DNA of 64,000 bases from an uncultured bacterium (lineage in GTDB: Bacteria > Muiribacteriota > Ozemobacteria > Ozemobacterales > Ozemobacteraceae), in contig CAYYUI010000002.1 in assembly GCA_964474705.1 (NCBI GenBank), positions 5-64,004 of the forward strand, in the 5' to 3' direction. A model generated the notes under the pieces. It did not search any database, was not told where the DNA came from, and was given only the letters and a program-made list of their open reading frames with translations. Position numbers and translations under genes: made by a program. Below are positions 18,883-28,306 of this stretch, in pieces (position 1 is the stretch's first letter; every line of letters starts with the position of its first letter).

Positions 18883-19103
18883 CTCTAGAAAGCTGTTTGG
18901 GCCAAATACCAAAAAAAATGATATTAGAATTTGACGACTGTTACCAATTCTTTGAAAAAAATCGGAGCAAAGGAATTTCGTTCAGGGAAGATTGAAAGAA
19001 TAAAAAAATGTTCATATGGATTTTGGAAACGTACCTACAATGACTATTCATAGAAAAGAGAGAAAGAGCATGATGATGGAATGGTTCTACAATTTGATCA
19101 GCA

Positions 19104-19541
19104 ATGCAGGAGGATACTGTGATTAAAATACTGCTCCTAATTCTAATGGCGCTGCCTTGGCCGGCTAATGCAGAACCTGCGTCCGGTACGATTGCAGCCT
19201 CAGGATCTCAGACGATTGAACTTTCGATGCCTATGCTTCAGCAGGAGGGACCAGTGGTTAAATTTGTGATGAAAAAAATGCGGGTGCCTCATTGCAAACG
19301 GGGCCCACAGCGCTGTGAAATCTGCCGGATCGGGAATGTCGCGAAATGGTGTCTGCTCGACGTTGACCCGCCGGATCAGGACAGGGTGCAGCGCCCGGTA
19401 TTGGAATTCGTCTGTCAGGGCGAGCGTCTGATAAGGGTTTTTGATGTGCTGAAAAGTTTTGTTTCCAAGGAAGAGGCAGAAAAATTTCTTTCTGTGTCTG
19501 ATTATCCAGGTTTGATCTGGGATTCCGCTGAAGACAAATGA
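19104..19541 (+). CDS. secreted hypothetical protein
   Basis: Signal peptide ILLLILMALPWPANA. AGGAGGA SD precedes a GTG at 19119, which may be the true start. Confidence 0.45.
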   Translation: MQEDTVIKILLLILMALPWPANAEPASGTIAASGSQTIELSMPMLQQEGPVVKFVMKKMRVPHCKRGPQRCEICRIGNVAKWCLLDVDPPDQDRVQRPVLEFVCQGERLIRVFDVLKSFVSKEEAEKFLSVSDYPGLIWDSAEDK

Positions 19542-19547
19542 ACCGGA

Positions 19548-20294
19548 TCAGAACCAGCCTGAAGCAATGGCGTAGCGGGCGAGCATGCCGAGGCACATGG
19601 TCACGACCAGAATGCGCAGGTATTTAGCATTGATGCGCAGCAGACACAATGAACCGGCAAAAGCGCCGAGAAACTGCCCGACCATCATGGTCAGCCCTGC
19701 CAGCCAGACAACCTTGCCGGCGGTCAGAAACACCAGCAGCGAGGCAGCGTTGGTCGCAAAGTTAAGGGTTTTGGCAATGGCAGTCGCGTCAATGAGGCCG
19801 TGACCTCTGAGTGAAACGCCGGCAAGAGCGAAGAACGACCCGGTGCCAGGCCCGAACATGCCGTCATACCAGCCGATCAGGGGTACCATGAATCGGCGGT
19901 AACCGTTGTCGGAAATACGGCAGACGCCACTTTCGTGTAGCGGCGGTGCAAATAGAAAGTAGAACGCGATTACTACCAGAACCAGCGGAATTATGAAGTT
20001 CAGCACTCCGGGGTTGATGAATTGAACTGCGACCGTGCCGAGCAGTGAGCCGCAGAATGCAGCCAGCATCAGGTATTTAACCTGTTCCCAGCTGACCCGG
20101 TTTTTCCTGAACATCATGAAAGTTGCGGTTCCTGAGCCCATGGAGCTTTGCAATTTATTAGTACCCAGGGCAAAATGTGGCGGAATCCCGCTCATGATCA
20201 AAGCAGGCAGCGTAATTAACCCGCCACCTCCCGCGAGGGTGTCGATAAAAGCGGCCACTGACGCGGCTCCAAAAAGAAAAAACAATGTTTCCAT
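19548..20294 (-). CDS. TauE/SafE family sulfite/anion exporter (DUF81)
   Basis: Motifs GGGGLITLPALIMSGIPPHFALGTNKL and an internally repeated polytopic membrane architecture. Confidence 0.8.
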   Translation of the reverse strand: METLFFLFGAASVAAFIDTLAGGGGLITLPALIMSGIPPHFALGTNKLQSSMGSGTATFMMFRKNRVSWEQVKYLMLAAFCGSLLGTVAVQFINPGVLNFIIPLVLVVIAFYFLFAPPLHESGVCRISDNGYRRFMVPLIGWYDGMFGPGTGSFFALAGVSLRGHGLIDATAIAKTLNFATNAASLLVFLTAGKVVWLAGLTMMVGQFLGAFAGSLCLLRINAKYLRILVVTMCLGMLARYAIASGWF

Positions 20295-20378
20295 AATTTT
20301 GCTGTATGAGACTGCAGAAGCAAGCTTACCACAAACCAGCCCCGCCTGTAATCTTGCCGCGATTGCGTGAACGGTGGG

Positions 20379-23267
20379 TCAGGCGGAAGGGTGGGTGGTA
20401 ATGGCGGCGACAGTGAGGTCGCAGTCGGAAGGGAACCCGGCCTGGGTGTACAGGCTCGTGAAGGTGGCGAGAAAGGCTTCGGCAGAAATGGCGGCTGAAG
20501 TCTGCAACAGGGCGTTGCCGCCCGCCCCTGAAACGACGAAATCTGCTGCGGGGGCATAGGTTGCCAGTATCAGAGCACAACCATCGTTGAGGTTGATGTG
20601 CAGTCCGGCTATCTTTTGCCCGTGGCCGGCCAGAGGCAGGGAAGGCATCGGCAGAAGGCGCACCGTGCCTGAGTTGCGGTCGATGAGAACCGGGTCGTTC
20701 ATCCCGGCATTGCTGATTTCCAGGCTGGTGTCGTCATGGCACAGTATATATTGCAGGCTGATTTCATGACCTTCTCGACCGGCATTGCTTCGCTGCAGCA
20801 GTTCGTTGAGCTCTTCCATGAAGCGTGCCGGCTGGTCGGTCAGGTCATGAAGCTGCATGGCAGCTGACTTGAGAAAAGCCAGCAGCAGGCAGCGGCTTAT
20901 GCCGGTGCCGCCGACGTTGCCCAGCAGCAGGGCGGGTCGATTGGCAGCGGTGCTGATCAATTCAAAATAGTCGCCACCATTTCCGGCCAGCGACAGGGTT
21001 TTGCCATAAATGCCCAGCCTGCCGGCCAGAAGCGGCTGAGCCATTCTGGTCATCAGCTTTTCCTGAACGATAGAAGCAACGTGCATTTCTTCGAGATCGC
21101 CGAGAATTTCGTTGAAAATACCAGCCAGAGAGCCGAATTCATCGCGGCCCAGGTCTGGCAGGCGATAGGAAAAATTGCGCTTCTGCAGCTCGCCGATGCC
21201 GGTTTGCAGCTCTGACAGCGGCAGTAAAATCCCTGATGACACCTTGAGCCCCAGGGAAACTGAGATTAACAGGCTGACCAGAGCCAGCAGCCAGATCATT
21301 CGACGTTTGGAGCCTATTTGGCTCTCTATCTGCCCGAGCGGATAGAGGGAAAACAGCCTGATAGTCGGCATATGTACGCATTTGTGGCCGGCGAGCATGA
21401 AGTTTTCGTTGTCTATGACACAGAATTCAGGACGGGTGAGAGTTCTGTTTCTGAGTTTGCCGGCGAATTCAGCAAGACGGGCATTCGCGAGCGTTTCCGG
21501 GGGAAAGGCAGTGCTGAACAGATCGTCGGCGGCCATGACTCTGATGCCGTCTTCATTGCGGTTCAGAGCGTGAAAGATGCGCCTGATGAATTCGAGTTCG
21601 AGTTTGCGGCTGTCCCAGACGTAGAGCATGATGTAGTCGAGCAGAGCCGGGTCGAACAGCGAGAAGGTCTCGATGTAGGTCGGGTGTCTGACCTGCCCGA
21701 TGCCCCAATGCCAGAAAGTGCCGCTCTCGTAAAACCTTCGGATCAGCTCGGCAGGCTTTTTCTGCATCAAGCCATCGGAAATGAATTCGACCTCGGCTCC
21801 CTGCTTTCCAGAAATCGGTGTTTTGTTGATGCTCGCCATGATAAATGTCGTCAGCTTGAAAATGGCATTCATGACGTTGGTTTTGACCGGTGAGGTTTTC
21901 AGGCGGCTGTCGAAGGCTTCCTGAATGACACCGTTTTTCATGATTCCGGTATCGCCGGCAATGATCCCGGTGCTGCTCGCTGCGATGAACAACATGTCCG
22001 GGCCAGGGCGTTGCGGGGTGACAAAATTACTGATCGTCTGCCGGTTTACGAGGTTATGCTGCAGGGCGGAGCGCAATTCGGGCAGAGCTCTGGTTATTCG
22101 GCCCTTCTGGACGCTGTATTCATTGTTGAAAAGCTCATCGATGTTCTGCATGCAGGTCATGCTGCGGTTGAACGCCCGGTTCAGCAGGCCGGCGCGGAGT
22201 TGTTGCAGATAGTCACTTCCTGAGACCAGCAGCAGAAAGCCGGGCAGAATGTTTGCGACCACAAAAAGCAGCACCAGCTGAGTTCGTAGGCCGAGCGAAA
22301 GTCTGACGCCGCCAGCCATTACCCGATAGCTCAAAACCGCATAATATACCAGGCATAGATGCAGAAAAACCATTATCAGTCTGGTGAATCCATCGCTGGC
22401 CGGCATGTCGATACTGCTTTTTCTGACGGCGCAGAAACCGGTGAGGCTTTCGTTGATGAAGTTGGTAAAAATGTAGTAATTGGGCAAATCCTGGCAGTCG
22501 CTGAAGCGATGCCGCATGGCCGCTAATCTCGTTTGCAGACTTGCGGCCAGTTCCGGGTCAGCGCAATAAGCCCGGTGGTCGGTCATATAGCCCGAATGCA
22601 GGTCACCACGATATGAATCTAGCATTTTGTCAAGCCCGGGTGTTCGTTTCAGCAGGCCGTAATCGAAGAACACCGCGAGGCCGAAGCGTTCGTCGACTTT
22701 CAGCCAGGTCAGCGGGTATTTCTGGGCCGAATCTGGCCTGATGAGGCTGAGTTCACGCCCTGAATAACAATTGCGGAAGAAAAGCGGAAAAAAGTGTGGC
22801 CCGAAAATCTGCCGCAGGTTTTTCATGACTTCCGGGGGGATATTTTTCTCGTAGTTCTGATAAAACCAGTCGGCAATGCGGCGAAGCTCAAGATAGGCCT
22901 GTTGCCAGTTTCCTGGATTCTGCCGCCAGGAAAAATTGGCCTGATAAATCTCCCCGGATGGCTGCCAGATCAGATAGCGCATTTTCAGCCGGTGCTGTTT
23001 CCCATAGTCGTCGATGGCAGTTCTGAGAGCGGCGCTATTCTGGCTTTCTCTGAAAATTGCATCGAGACTGCTGCAGGTATATTTTTCCGTATCAGCTAGA
23101 GCCCGCATCGTTGCCAGCATTTCATCGGCAGCCGCGGCAAAATTTCTGAAGCGTGTCTCGCGGTCGAGCGTCGCCAGATAATAACCGCCCGCCCAGAAGA
23201 TCAGCAGAGGCAGAAGAACGGTTGCGCCGGCAAGCCTGAGCCAGGCGGTAATGTTTCTGTCAGGCAT
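20379..23267 (-). CDS. membrane sensor phosphatase: periplasmic domain, HAMP, PP2C (SpoIIE/RsbU-type)
   Basis: N-terminal TM, a ~290-aa extracytoplasmic region, a second TM and a HAMP-like linker (LSELQTGIGELQKRNFSYRLPDLGRDEFGSLAGIFNEIL). The C-terminal PP2C domain has GGDYFELI...GNVGGTGIS and a C-terminal DG motif. Confidence 0.8.
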   Translation of the reverse strand: MPDRNITAWLRLAGATVLLPLLIFWAGGYYLATLDRETRFRNFAAAADEMLATMRALADTEKYTCSSLDAIFRESQNSAALRTAIDDYGKQHRLKMRYLIWQPSGEIYQANFSWRQNPGNWQQAYLELRRIADWFYQNYEKNIPPEVMKNLRQIFGPHFFPLFFRNCYSGRELSLIRPDSAQKYPLTWLKVDERFGLAVFFDYGLLKRTPGLDKMLDSYRGDLHSGYMTDHRAYCADPELAASLQTRLAAMRHRFSDCQDLPNYYIFTNFINESLTGFCAVRKSSIDMPASDGFTRLIMVFLHLCLVYYAVLSYRVMAGGVRLSLGLRTQLVLLFVVANILPGFLLLVSGSDYLQQLRAGLLNRAFNRSMTCMQNIDELFNNEYSVQKGRITRALPELRSALQHNLVNRQTISNFVTPQRPGPDMLFIAASSTGIIAGDTGIMKNGVIQEAFDSRLKTSPVKTNVMNAIFKLTTFIMASINKTPISGKQGAEVEFISDGLMQKKPAELIRRFYESGTFWHWGIGQVRHPTYIETFSLFDPALLDYIMLYVWDSRKLELEFIRRIFHALNRNEDGIRVMAADDLFSTAFPPETLANARLAEFAGKLRNRTLTRPEFCVIDNENFMLAGHKCVHMPTIRLFSLYPLGQIESQIGSKRRMIWLLALVSLLISVSLGLKVSSGILLPLSELQTGIGELQKRNFSYRLPDLGRDEFGSLAGIFNEILGDLEEMHVASIVQEKLMTRMAQPLLAGRLGIYGKTLSLAGNGGDYFELISTAANRPALLLGNVGGTGISRCLLLAFLKSAAMQLHDLTDQPARFMEELNELLQRSNAGREGHEISLQYILCHDDTSLEISNAGMNDPVLIDRNSGTVRLLPMPSLPLAGHGQKIAGLHINLNDGCALILATYAPAADFVVSGAGGNALLQTSAAISAEAFLATFTSLYTQAGFPSDCDLTVAAITTHPSA

Positions 23268-26163
23268 CTGAACTGTCCTCCATGCGCAGCATCAGGAAAG
23301 TCAGATCGTCGTCGCGCCTGTCGGTCCAGGCCTTGTGACCTTCGAGAATCCTGCTCCAGTAGGTTTCGAGATCGGCGTGCCAGGCATCGGCAACCATTTT
23401 GAGAAACCTCGGGTAACCCAGCATTTCGCCTGATGGTGCCATTGCCTCGACAATTCCATCGGTATAGAGAATAAGCGTGGCGCCTGGAAGCAGGGCCAGG
23501 GTTTGTTCGACGGCCCGGTTCTTCGTTGAGCTCCCGAGCGGAAACCCATGAATTTCAATGAGTCGGGGGGCATTGCCGCCAGGCCCGATCATTACCGGGT
23601 AGCAATGCCCGGCATTGGCGATTTTGAATGCGCCGCTGCTGCAGTCGAAATCAAGGCACTGAGCGGTCATCATGCGTCGCCAGTCTTTCTTTTTCAATTC
23701 GTTCAGCACGCAGCTGCCACGGTGCAGCACTTCCGCTGGTCCGGGAAAGTCTCTGGAAACGCCTGCAATCATGGCTTTCATCATCGCCATGATCATCGCT
23801 GCCGGAATGCCGTGCCCGGCAACGTCTCCGAAGAAAATTGCCATTCTGTCGTTTGGCAGATCAAAGTAATCATAATAGTCACCACCCATTTTGCTCATAA
23901 ACAGGGAGCGCGCAAAAAGGCTGATCTTGCCGCGGCAGTGATGTTCCGGTGGTAAAAGACTGACTTGAACCGCAGTGCCGACTGCGAGCTCACGCATACC
24001 TTCGACGGTGGTGTTGAAAGCTTCGGTCAGCCGGCCAAGCTCATCGTTGCTTAACGAAGGAACGCGGATAGAATAATCACGTTTTCTCACCTTTTCTATA
24101 CCGGTTGCCAGAGATTCAACCGGTGCCAGCAGCCTGTGTGAAAACAGTATGACCGTCTGCCTGAGGATGATGACGACCAGCAGAAAACCTATACCGATTG
24201 CAAGTTTCAGTCTGAAGATCTGTTGCTCGATTATGGCTTCGGGGTAGAGTGCGACGAGAACTCCCATGCCGATTTCGTTGCCGGCAATCGAGGTGAAGAG
24301 ATAGTTCTTTCCGTCGAGGGCAACGCGTTCGCCGGCAATCATTTTTCGACTGCGGGTCAGGCGCATTAATCTGTTGATCTGCGGGTTGTTGATCTGTGTC
24401 GTCGAGAAAATCTTTTCAGAGTCATTGTCCATGACCGCAAGAATTCGTGGTTTAACCTCTTCAGAGGCTTGTGTGAGACTTGCGCTGATAAAATCTCTTA
24501 GAAAAGTGGCTCTTTCCCATGACAGGAGGAGAATACCCCAGATTTGCCCCTGTTGCTGGGCTCCGGTGAATTTCACGTAAGTCAGGCGTTCACTGTTGCC
24601 GCTGCTCATGAGCGAAAAACGGTCGACGGCCCCGAGGAAGAAATACAGTGATTTGTCGATACTCGAAACCTGTTCCAGTATCGAGGATTGCCCCTTTTTG
24701 CCGGCAGTTTCACCTTTACCTCCGAAGAATAGCAGGGCGTTCTGCATCAGAGAAAGTCCCATCTTCGAGGCACGGTTCGTCGTCTTGGCCATGTAGAAAG
24801 TGTAATTGCCCTCTGGTTCGGCCAGACCGCCTTCTTCCGGGCCTATTTCTGCGACCAGAGCCTGCAGGGCTTCTATTTCCGCATCAGGCCAACGTTTGCC
24901 GCCATATTTTTTGTTTCGTGCATCGATAAAAGCATTCAGACGATCTGCCAGAACCGCTGAGGTCTCCGGAAACCTGACGTCGAATTCCTTTAAAATGCGC
25001 AGGGATTCCTGGTGGGCGGCGTTGAAAAGTTCATCGCGTTTTTCATGAAAGAACTCGTAGCCGGCCGAAATCATCAGCCCAAGGGGCAGACCATTCGAGA
25101 AGATGAAGAGCAGCAACATTTTCTGGCGCACCGAAAGACACCATTCCGGGTGGCGCAGCAGATAGCAGTGCCAGACAAATAATGCCAGCATCAGCGCGAT
25201 GCTTATTCTTCCCAGCATGCGGGCCGAAAGATTATGAGGATCTGGTAAAAAAGTTGCCGGAAGGTAACTGATTAGAATCAGATCAGGAGAAGCCTGCCGG
25301 ATATTGAGCAGATAGTTCCGGCTTTGCCGCTGCGATTGCCCATCTGCCTCGTATTTTTTTACTTCCAGCATGATTTCGGACTGATGGGTGGTTGCAGCAG
25401 GCATGCCGAAACCTTGATAGGAAAGAGTCTTTACAAAAGCGAGGCGTTCAGGTTCAGCGGTTGCGGCTGCCTGTCGAACCATCGATTTTGGGCCGAGATG
25501 CCTGCCGGTCAGGGCAGCATCGAGAAAGCAGGCAAGCGAAAAATTGCTGCCCGGGTAATACCAGAGCAATTTTTGACCTGGTTCGAGGCTGACTGAGAGA
25601 CATTTTCCTTTGGCGCCGGGGCGCAGCGGCTCAAAAAGCTGGTTTTCGAAGAGAAACTGGCCGAAATAACCGCGCAACAGATTCATTTTTTCGACGATCT
25701 TCTGAATGTCGGCCGGATTGGCTGTTTCATCGACTTTAAAAGCATCTGCGAGCATGTGCATGACCTGAAACATGCTTTTCATGACAAACTGAAAACGTTT
25801 TTCGTCACTCAGATTTCTGTTGATGGAACCATCGCTGTTCCAGACGATGAATCTGATTCTGTCGGAAAAAAAACTGCGAACAGCGGCGACTTTCTCGATA
25901 AGTGCCTGCTCAGGGCCTGCCGACCTATCGGCGAGGGTGAAGTTTTTTTGCAGCAATGCATGAAAAAATGCCAGGTCATCATGGTATCTTGCAAAGCGGT
26001 CCAGCTTGATATTCAGGCGATAATGGGCATTTTCGACCGCCTGCTGATACGCGGCGCCAAAAGTTCCGGAAAGAAACAGCCACAAAAGATATAGTGGCAA
26101 AAGCAGCCCCAGCAGCAGCTGAGTAAGCTTGAATCCAATGATGCCGGCAAAGTTTCTGATCAA
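23260..26163 (-). CDS. membrane sensor phosphatase paralogue: periplasmic domain, HAMP, PP2C (SpoIIE/RsbU-type)
   Basis: Same architecture as the downstream gene: HAMP (LATGIEKVRKRDYSIRVPSLSNDELGRLTEAFNTTVEGM) and PP2C (GGDYYDYFDL...FFGDVAGHGIPAAM...YTDGIVEA). Overlaps the downstream paralogue by 8 nt. Confidence 0.8.
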   Translation of the reverse strand: MIRNFAGIIGFKLTQLLLGLLLPLYLLWLFLSGTFGAAYQQAVENAHYRLNIKLDRFARYHDDLAFFHALLQKNFTLADRSAGPEQALIEKVAAVRSFFSDRIRFIVWNSDGSINRNLSDEKRFQFVMKSMFQVMHMLADAFKVDETANPADIQKIVEKMNLLRGYFGQFLFENQLFEPLRPGAKGKCLSVSLEPGQKLLWYYPGSNFSLACFLDAALTGRHLGPKSMVRQAAATAEPERLAFVKTLSYQGFGMPAATTHQSEIMLEVKKYEADGQSQRQSRNYLLNIRQASPDLILISYLPATFLPDPHNLSARMLGRISIALMLALFVWHCYLLRHPEWCLSVRQKMLLLFIFSNGLPLGLMISAGYEFFHEKRDELFNAAHQESLRILKEFDVRFPETSAVLADRLNAFIDARNKKYGGKRWPDAEIEALQALVAEIGPEEGGLAEPEGNYTFYMAKTTNRASKMGLSLMQNALLFFGGKGETAGKKGQSSILEQVSSIDKSLYFFLGAVDRFSLMSSGNSERLTYVKFTGAQQQGQIWGILLLSWERATFLRDFISASLTQASEEVKPRILAVMDNDSEKIFSTTQINNPQINRLMRLTRSRKMIAGERVALDGKNYLFTSIAGNEIGMGVLVALYPEAIIEQQIFRLKLAIGIGFLLVVIILRQTVILFSHRLLAPVESLATGIEKVRKRDYSIRVPSLSNDELGRLTEAFNTTVEGMRELAVGTAVQVSLLPPEHHCRGKISLFARSLFMSKMGGDYYDYFDLPNDRMAIFFGDVAGHGIPAAMIMAMMKAMIAGVSRDFPGPAEVLHRGSCVLNELKKKDWRRMMTAQCLDFDCSSGAFKIANAGHCYPVMIGPGGNAPRLIEIHGFPLGSSTKNRAVEQTLALLPGATLILYTDGIVEAMAPSGEMLGYPRFLKMVADAWHADLETYWSRILEGHKAWTDRRDDDLTFLMLRMEDSSDA

Positions 26164-26311
26164 GCTTGTTTCCTTGTCAGGAACAGCCGGCTGTTTTTAT
26201 GGTCAGCCAGAAGCGATTTTGCAAGTGATCTCCTCGGGAAATGCTGTTTATGGTGCGAACATCGATGTATCAATAATATCAGATTCATCTTCTTTTGTGA
26301 GTTTGCCGCGG

Positions 26312-28063
26312 CTAAAACTTGAACAGGTTTTTCAGGCCTTTTTTGAGGGGGTCTTCTTTTTTGACCGGGGCGGTGTTGGTGGCGGGGGCCAGGTTGTCAC
26401 CAGATGATTTCTTCTTTTTGAAAATGTTCTGAAGATCGCCGAGAATGCCTTTGTTCTTTTTCTGCTGGCCGGAATCAGGGGATTTTGCACCGGGGTTGAT
26501 CATGTCCTGCAGGAGTTTCTGGCCCTGCTTTTTCAAGCCAAATTCAAGCAGACCACCGAGACTGAAACCCGGAAATACAGGCGCCAGAAGCGAGCCTTCA
26601 ACTGTGGTGGGAATTGCCGCGGAAACTCCGTCTGTCGATATCTGCCGCAGGATATCGCTCTTTCTGACCGCAGCCGCAGCAAAACGCAATTCGAGTCGGC
26701 CCTGCAGCGAAGTATCCAGGCCGATATTGCCGCGATAGAAAGCCAGACCGGCCGCGGTGCTGGCGGCAAGGTCGCTGGTCGTAAGAATGCCTTTGTCGAG
26801 AACGAAAGTGCCGCTGGCATCCTGCAGATCGCCAGATGAAAATTCTGCCAGATTGGCAATCTTCAGAAATGGCGAGATGACAGGGGGAGTCTGGTATCTG
26901 CCATTCTGCATCCGGAGATTGCCCTTGCCGTTAAGAGAATTGAGACCGGTCACATCGCCGGAAGCCATGAGGTTGGCGTCGATCGGACCTGAGATTGCCT
27001 GCTGCTGAGTGCTGTTCTGGGCCAGAAAATTTTCGGCCTGAATGCCGCTGCCGGCAGCTTCAAACTCGAAACGCAGCGGCACTTTGTCGGTAAAGACGGT
27101 GCCATCGCCGGAAATTGTACCGCCAAACAGGCTGGTTCTGGCGTTTTCGACTGAGAGCTTGCCGCCGGAAAAGCGTACCGGAGCTACCATATTTGTAAAA
27201 GGAAAAGCAAAAGTGCTTGAACTGCCTGATGCCAGCGCAACTTCAATTTTTCCTGAGGCGGCGAGAATATTGCCGACGATTACCAGGCGGTCAAATTGAC
27301 CTTTGGCGCTCAGGCCGGCTGAGACATTCTGCATGCTCAGCTTTTTATCGGGAATATTGCAGTTGCCGTCGGCGAGTTTCAGATCGATGGTGGTATCAGG
27401 GTTGCGTAGATTGCCGGCAAGGACGAGGGCGAGAGAACAGGAAGCCGATATTTCCGGGGGGGTGCTGGAATTTTTTCTGGAAGTATCGATCATAATCCGG
27501 CCGGCCAGGTTGGCGCGGACTTCTTTGCTGTCTGAAGTTCGGTTGATACTGGTGGCCGGGATTTCCATGACCGACTGCATTCCCGAATCAGCATCGATGA
27601 TGCTGAGATTCAAGTTGAGAACTTTGATCTGACTGAATGGCAGGTCAGCCGGGTGAAGCGGCTGACTGGCTGAAGCCGTCTGCCTTTTCTTACCGCCTGC
27701 CTGTTCAGGCTGCCTTTTGATTGGTAGTCTGGCCTTGCATGATTCGATGCTGATTTCCTTGAGCACGAGATTACCGCCCATCAGGCTCATAAAATCGCAG
27801 GTTGCCGAGAGACTGCCGATGGTGGCAGAAACCTGCTGCGGGTCAGCAGGGTTGCCGATATTGATACCGGTCAGGTGGACGGTTGAATAATCCATGCGGT
27901 AGTCTTTAACCGAGACCGGCATGCCGGCGAGTTTTGATACCATCTGTTCAAACTGCTTCCTGAGCCCCGCATCCCCGGCCGCGGATGCTTCAAGGCAAAC
28001 CGCAATGAACAGTGTCATTATGATTACCACTATGATTCGATTGCCTCTCATTATTCTGGCCAT
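26312..28063 (-). CDS. AsmA-family-like outer-membrane assembly protein
   Basis: N-terminal TM anchor followed by a long beta-rich region with AsmA-like N-terminal motifs. Lys-rich C-terminal tail. Confidence 0.5.
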   Translation of the reverse strand: MARIMRGNRIIVVIIMTLFIAVCLEASAAGDAGLRKQFEQMVSKLAGMPVSVKDYRMDYSTVHLTGINIGNPADPQQVSATIGSLSATCDFMSLMGGNLVLKEISIESCKARLPIKRQPEQAGGKKRQTASASQPLHPADLPFSQIKVLNLNLSIIDADSGMQSVMEIPATSINRTSDSKEVRANLAGRIMIDTSRKNSSTPPEISASCSLALVLAGNLRNPDTTIDLKLADGNCNIPDKKLSMQNVSAGLSAKGQFDRLVIVGNILAASGKIEVALASGSSSTFAFPFTNMVAPVRFSGGKLSVENARTSLFGGTISGDGTVFTDKVPLRFEFEAAGSGIQAENFLAQNSTQQQAISGPIDANLMASGDVTGLNSLNGKGNLRMQNGRYQTPPVISPFLKIANLAEFSSGDLQDASGTFVLDKGILTTSDLAASTAAGLAFYRGNIGLDTSLQGRLELRFAAAAVRKSDILRQISTDGVSAAIPTTVEGSLLAPVFPGFSLGGLLEFGLKKQGQKLLQDMINPGAKSPDSGQQKKNKGILGDLQNIFKKKKSSGDNLAPATNTAPVKKEDPLKKGLKNLFKF

Positions 28064-28306
28064 CAGTTCACCTCGCGAAAATTATTTCTCATCACTCAAA
28101 ATCTAATCCTTTCAGCCCAATGCGTCCACCATATTTTCCTGCGGCTGAACTTTCGAAAAGGCTGGCAATTTTCATCAAAATGCGTGATAATATTGTTGTG
28201 CAAAAATTCACAAACATGAAGCGGGAACTGTTGAAATGACATGCTCTGTCTGAATTGGTCGCGACTGGGCGACACCCGCAGTTGAAATGAAAGGTTGGAA
28301 AAGATA

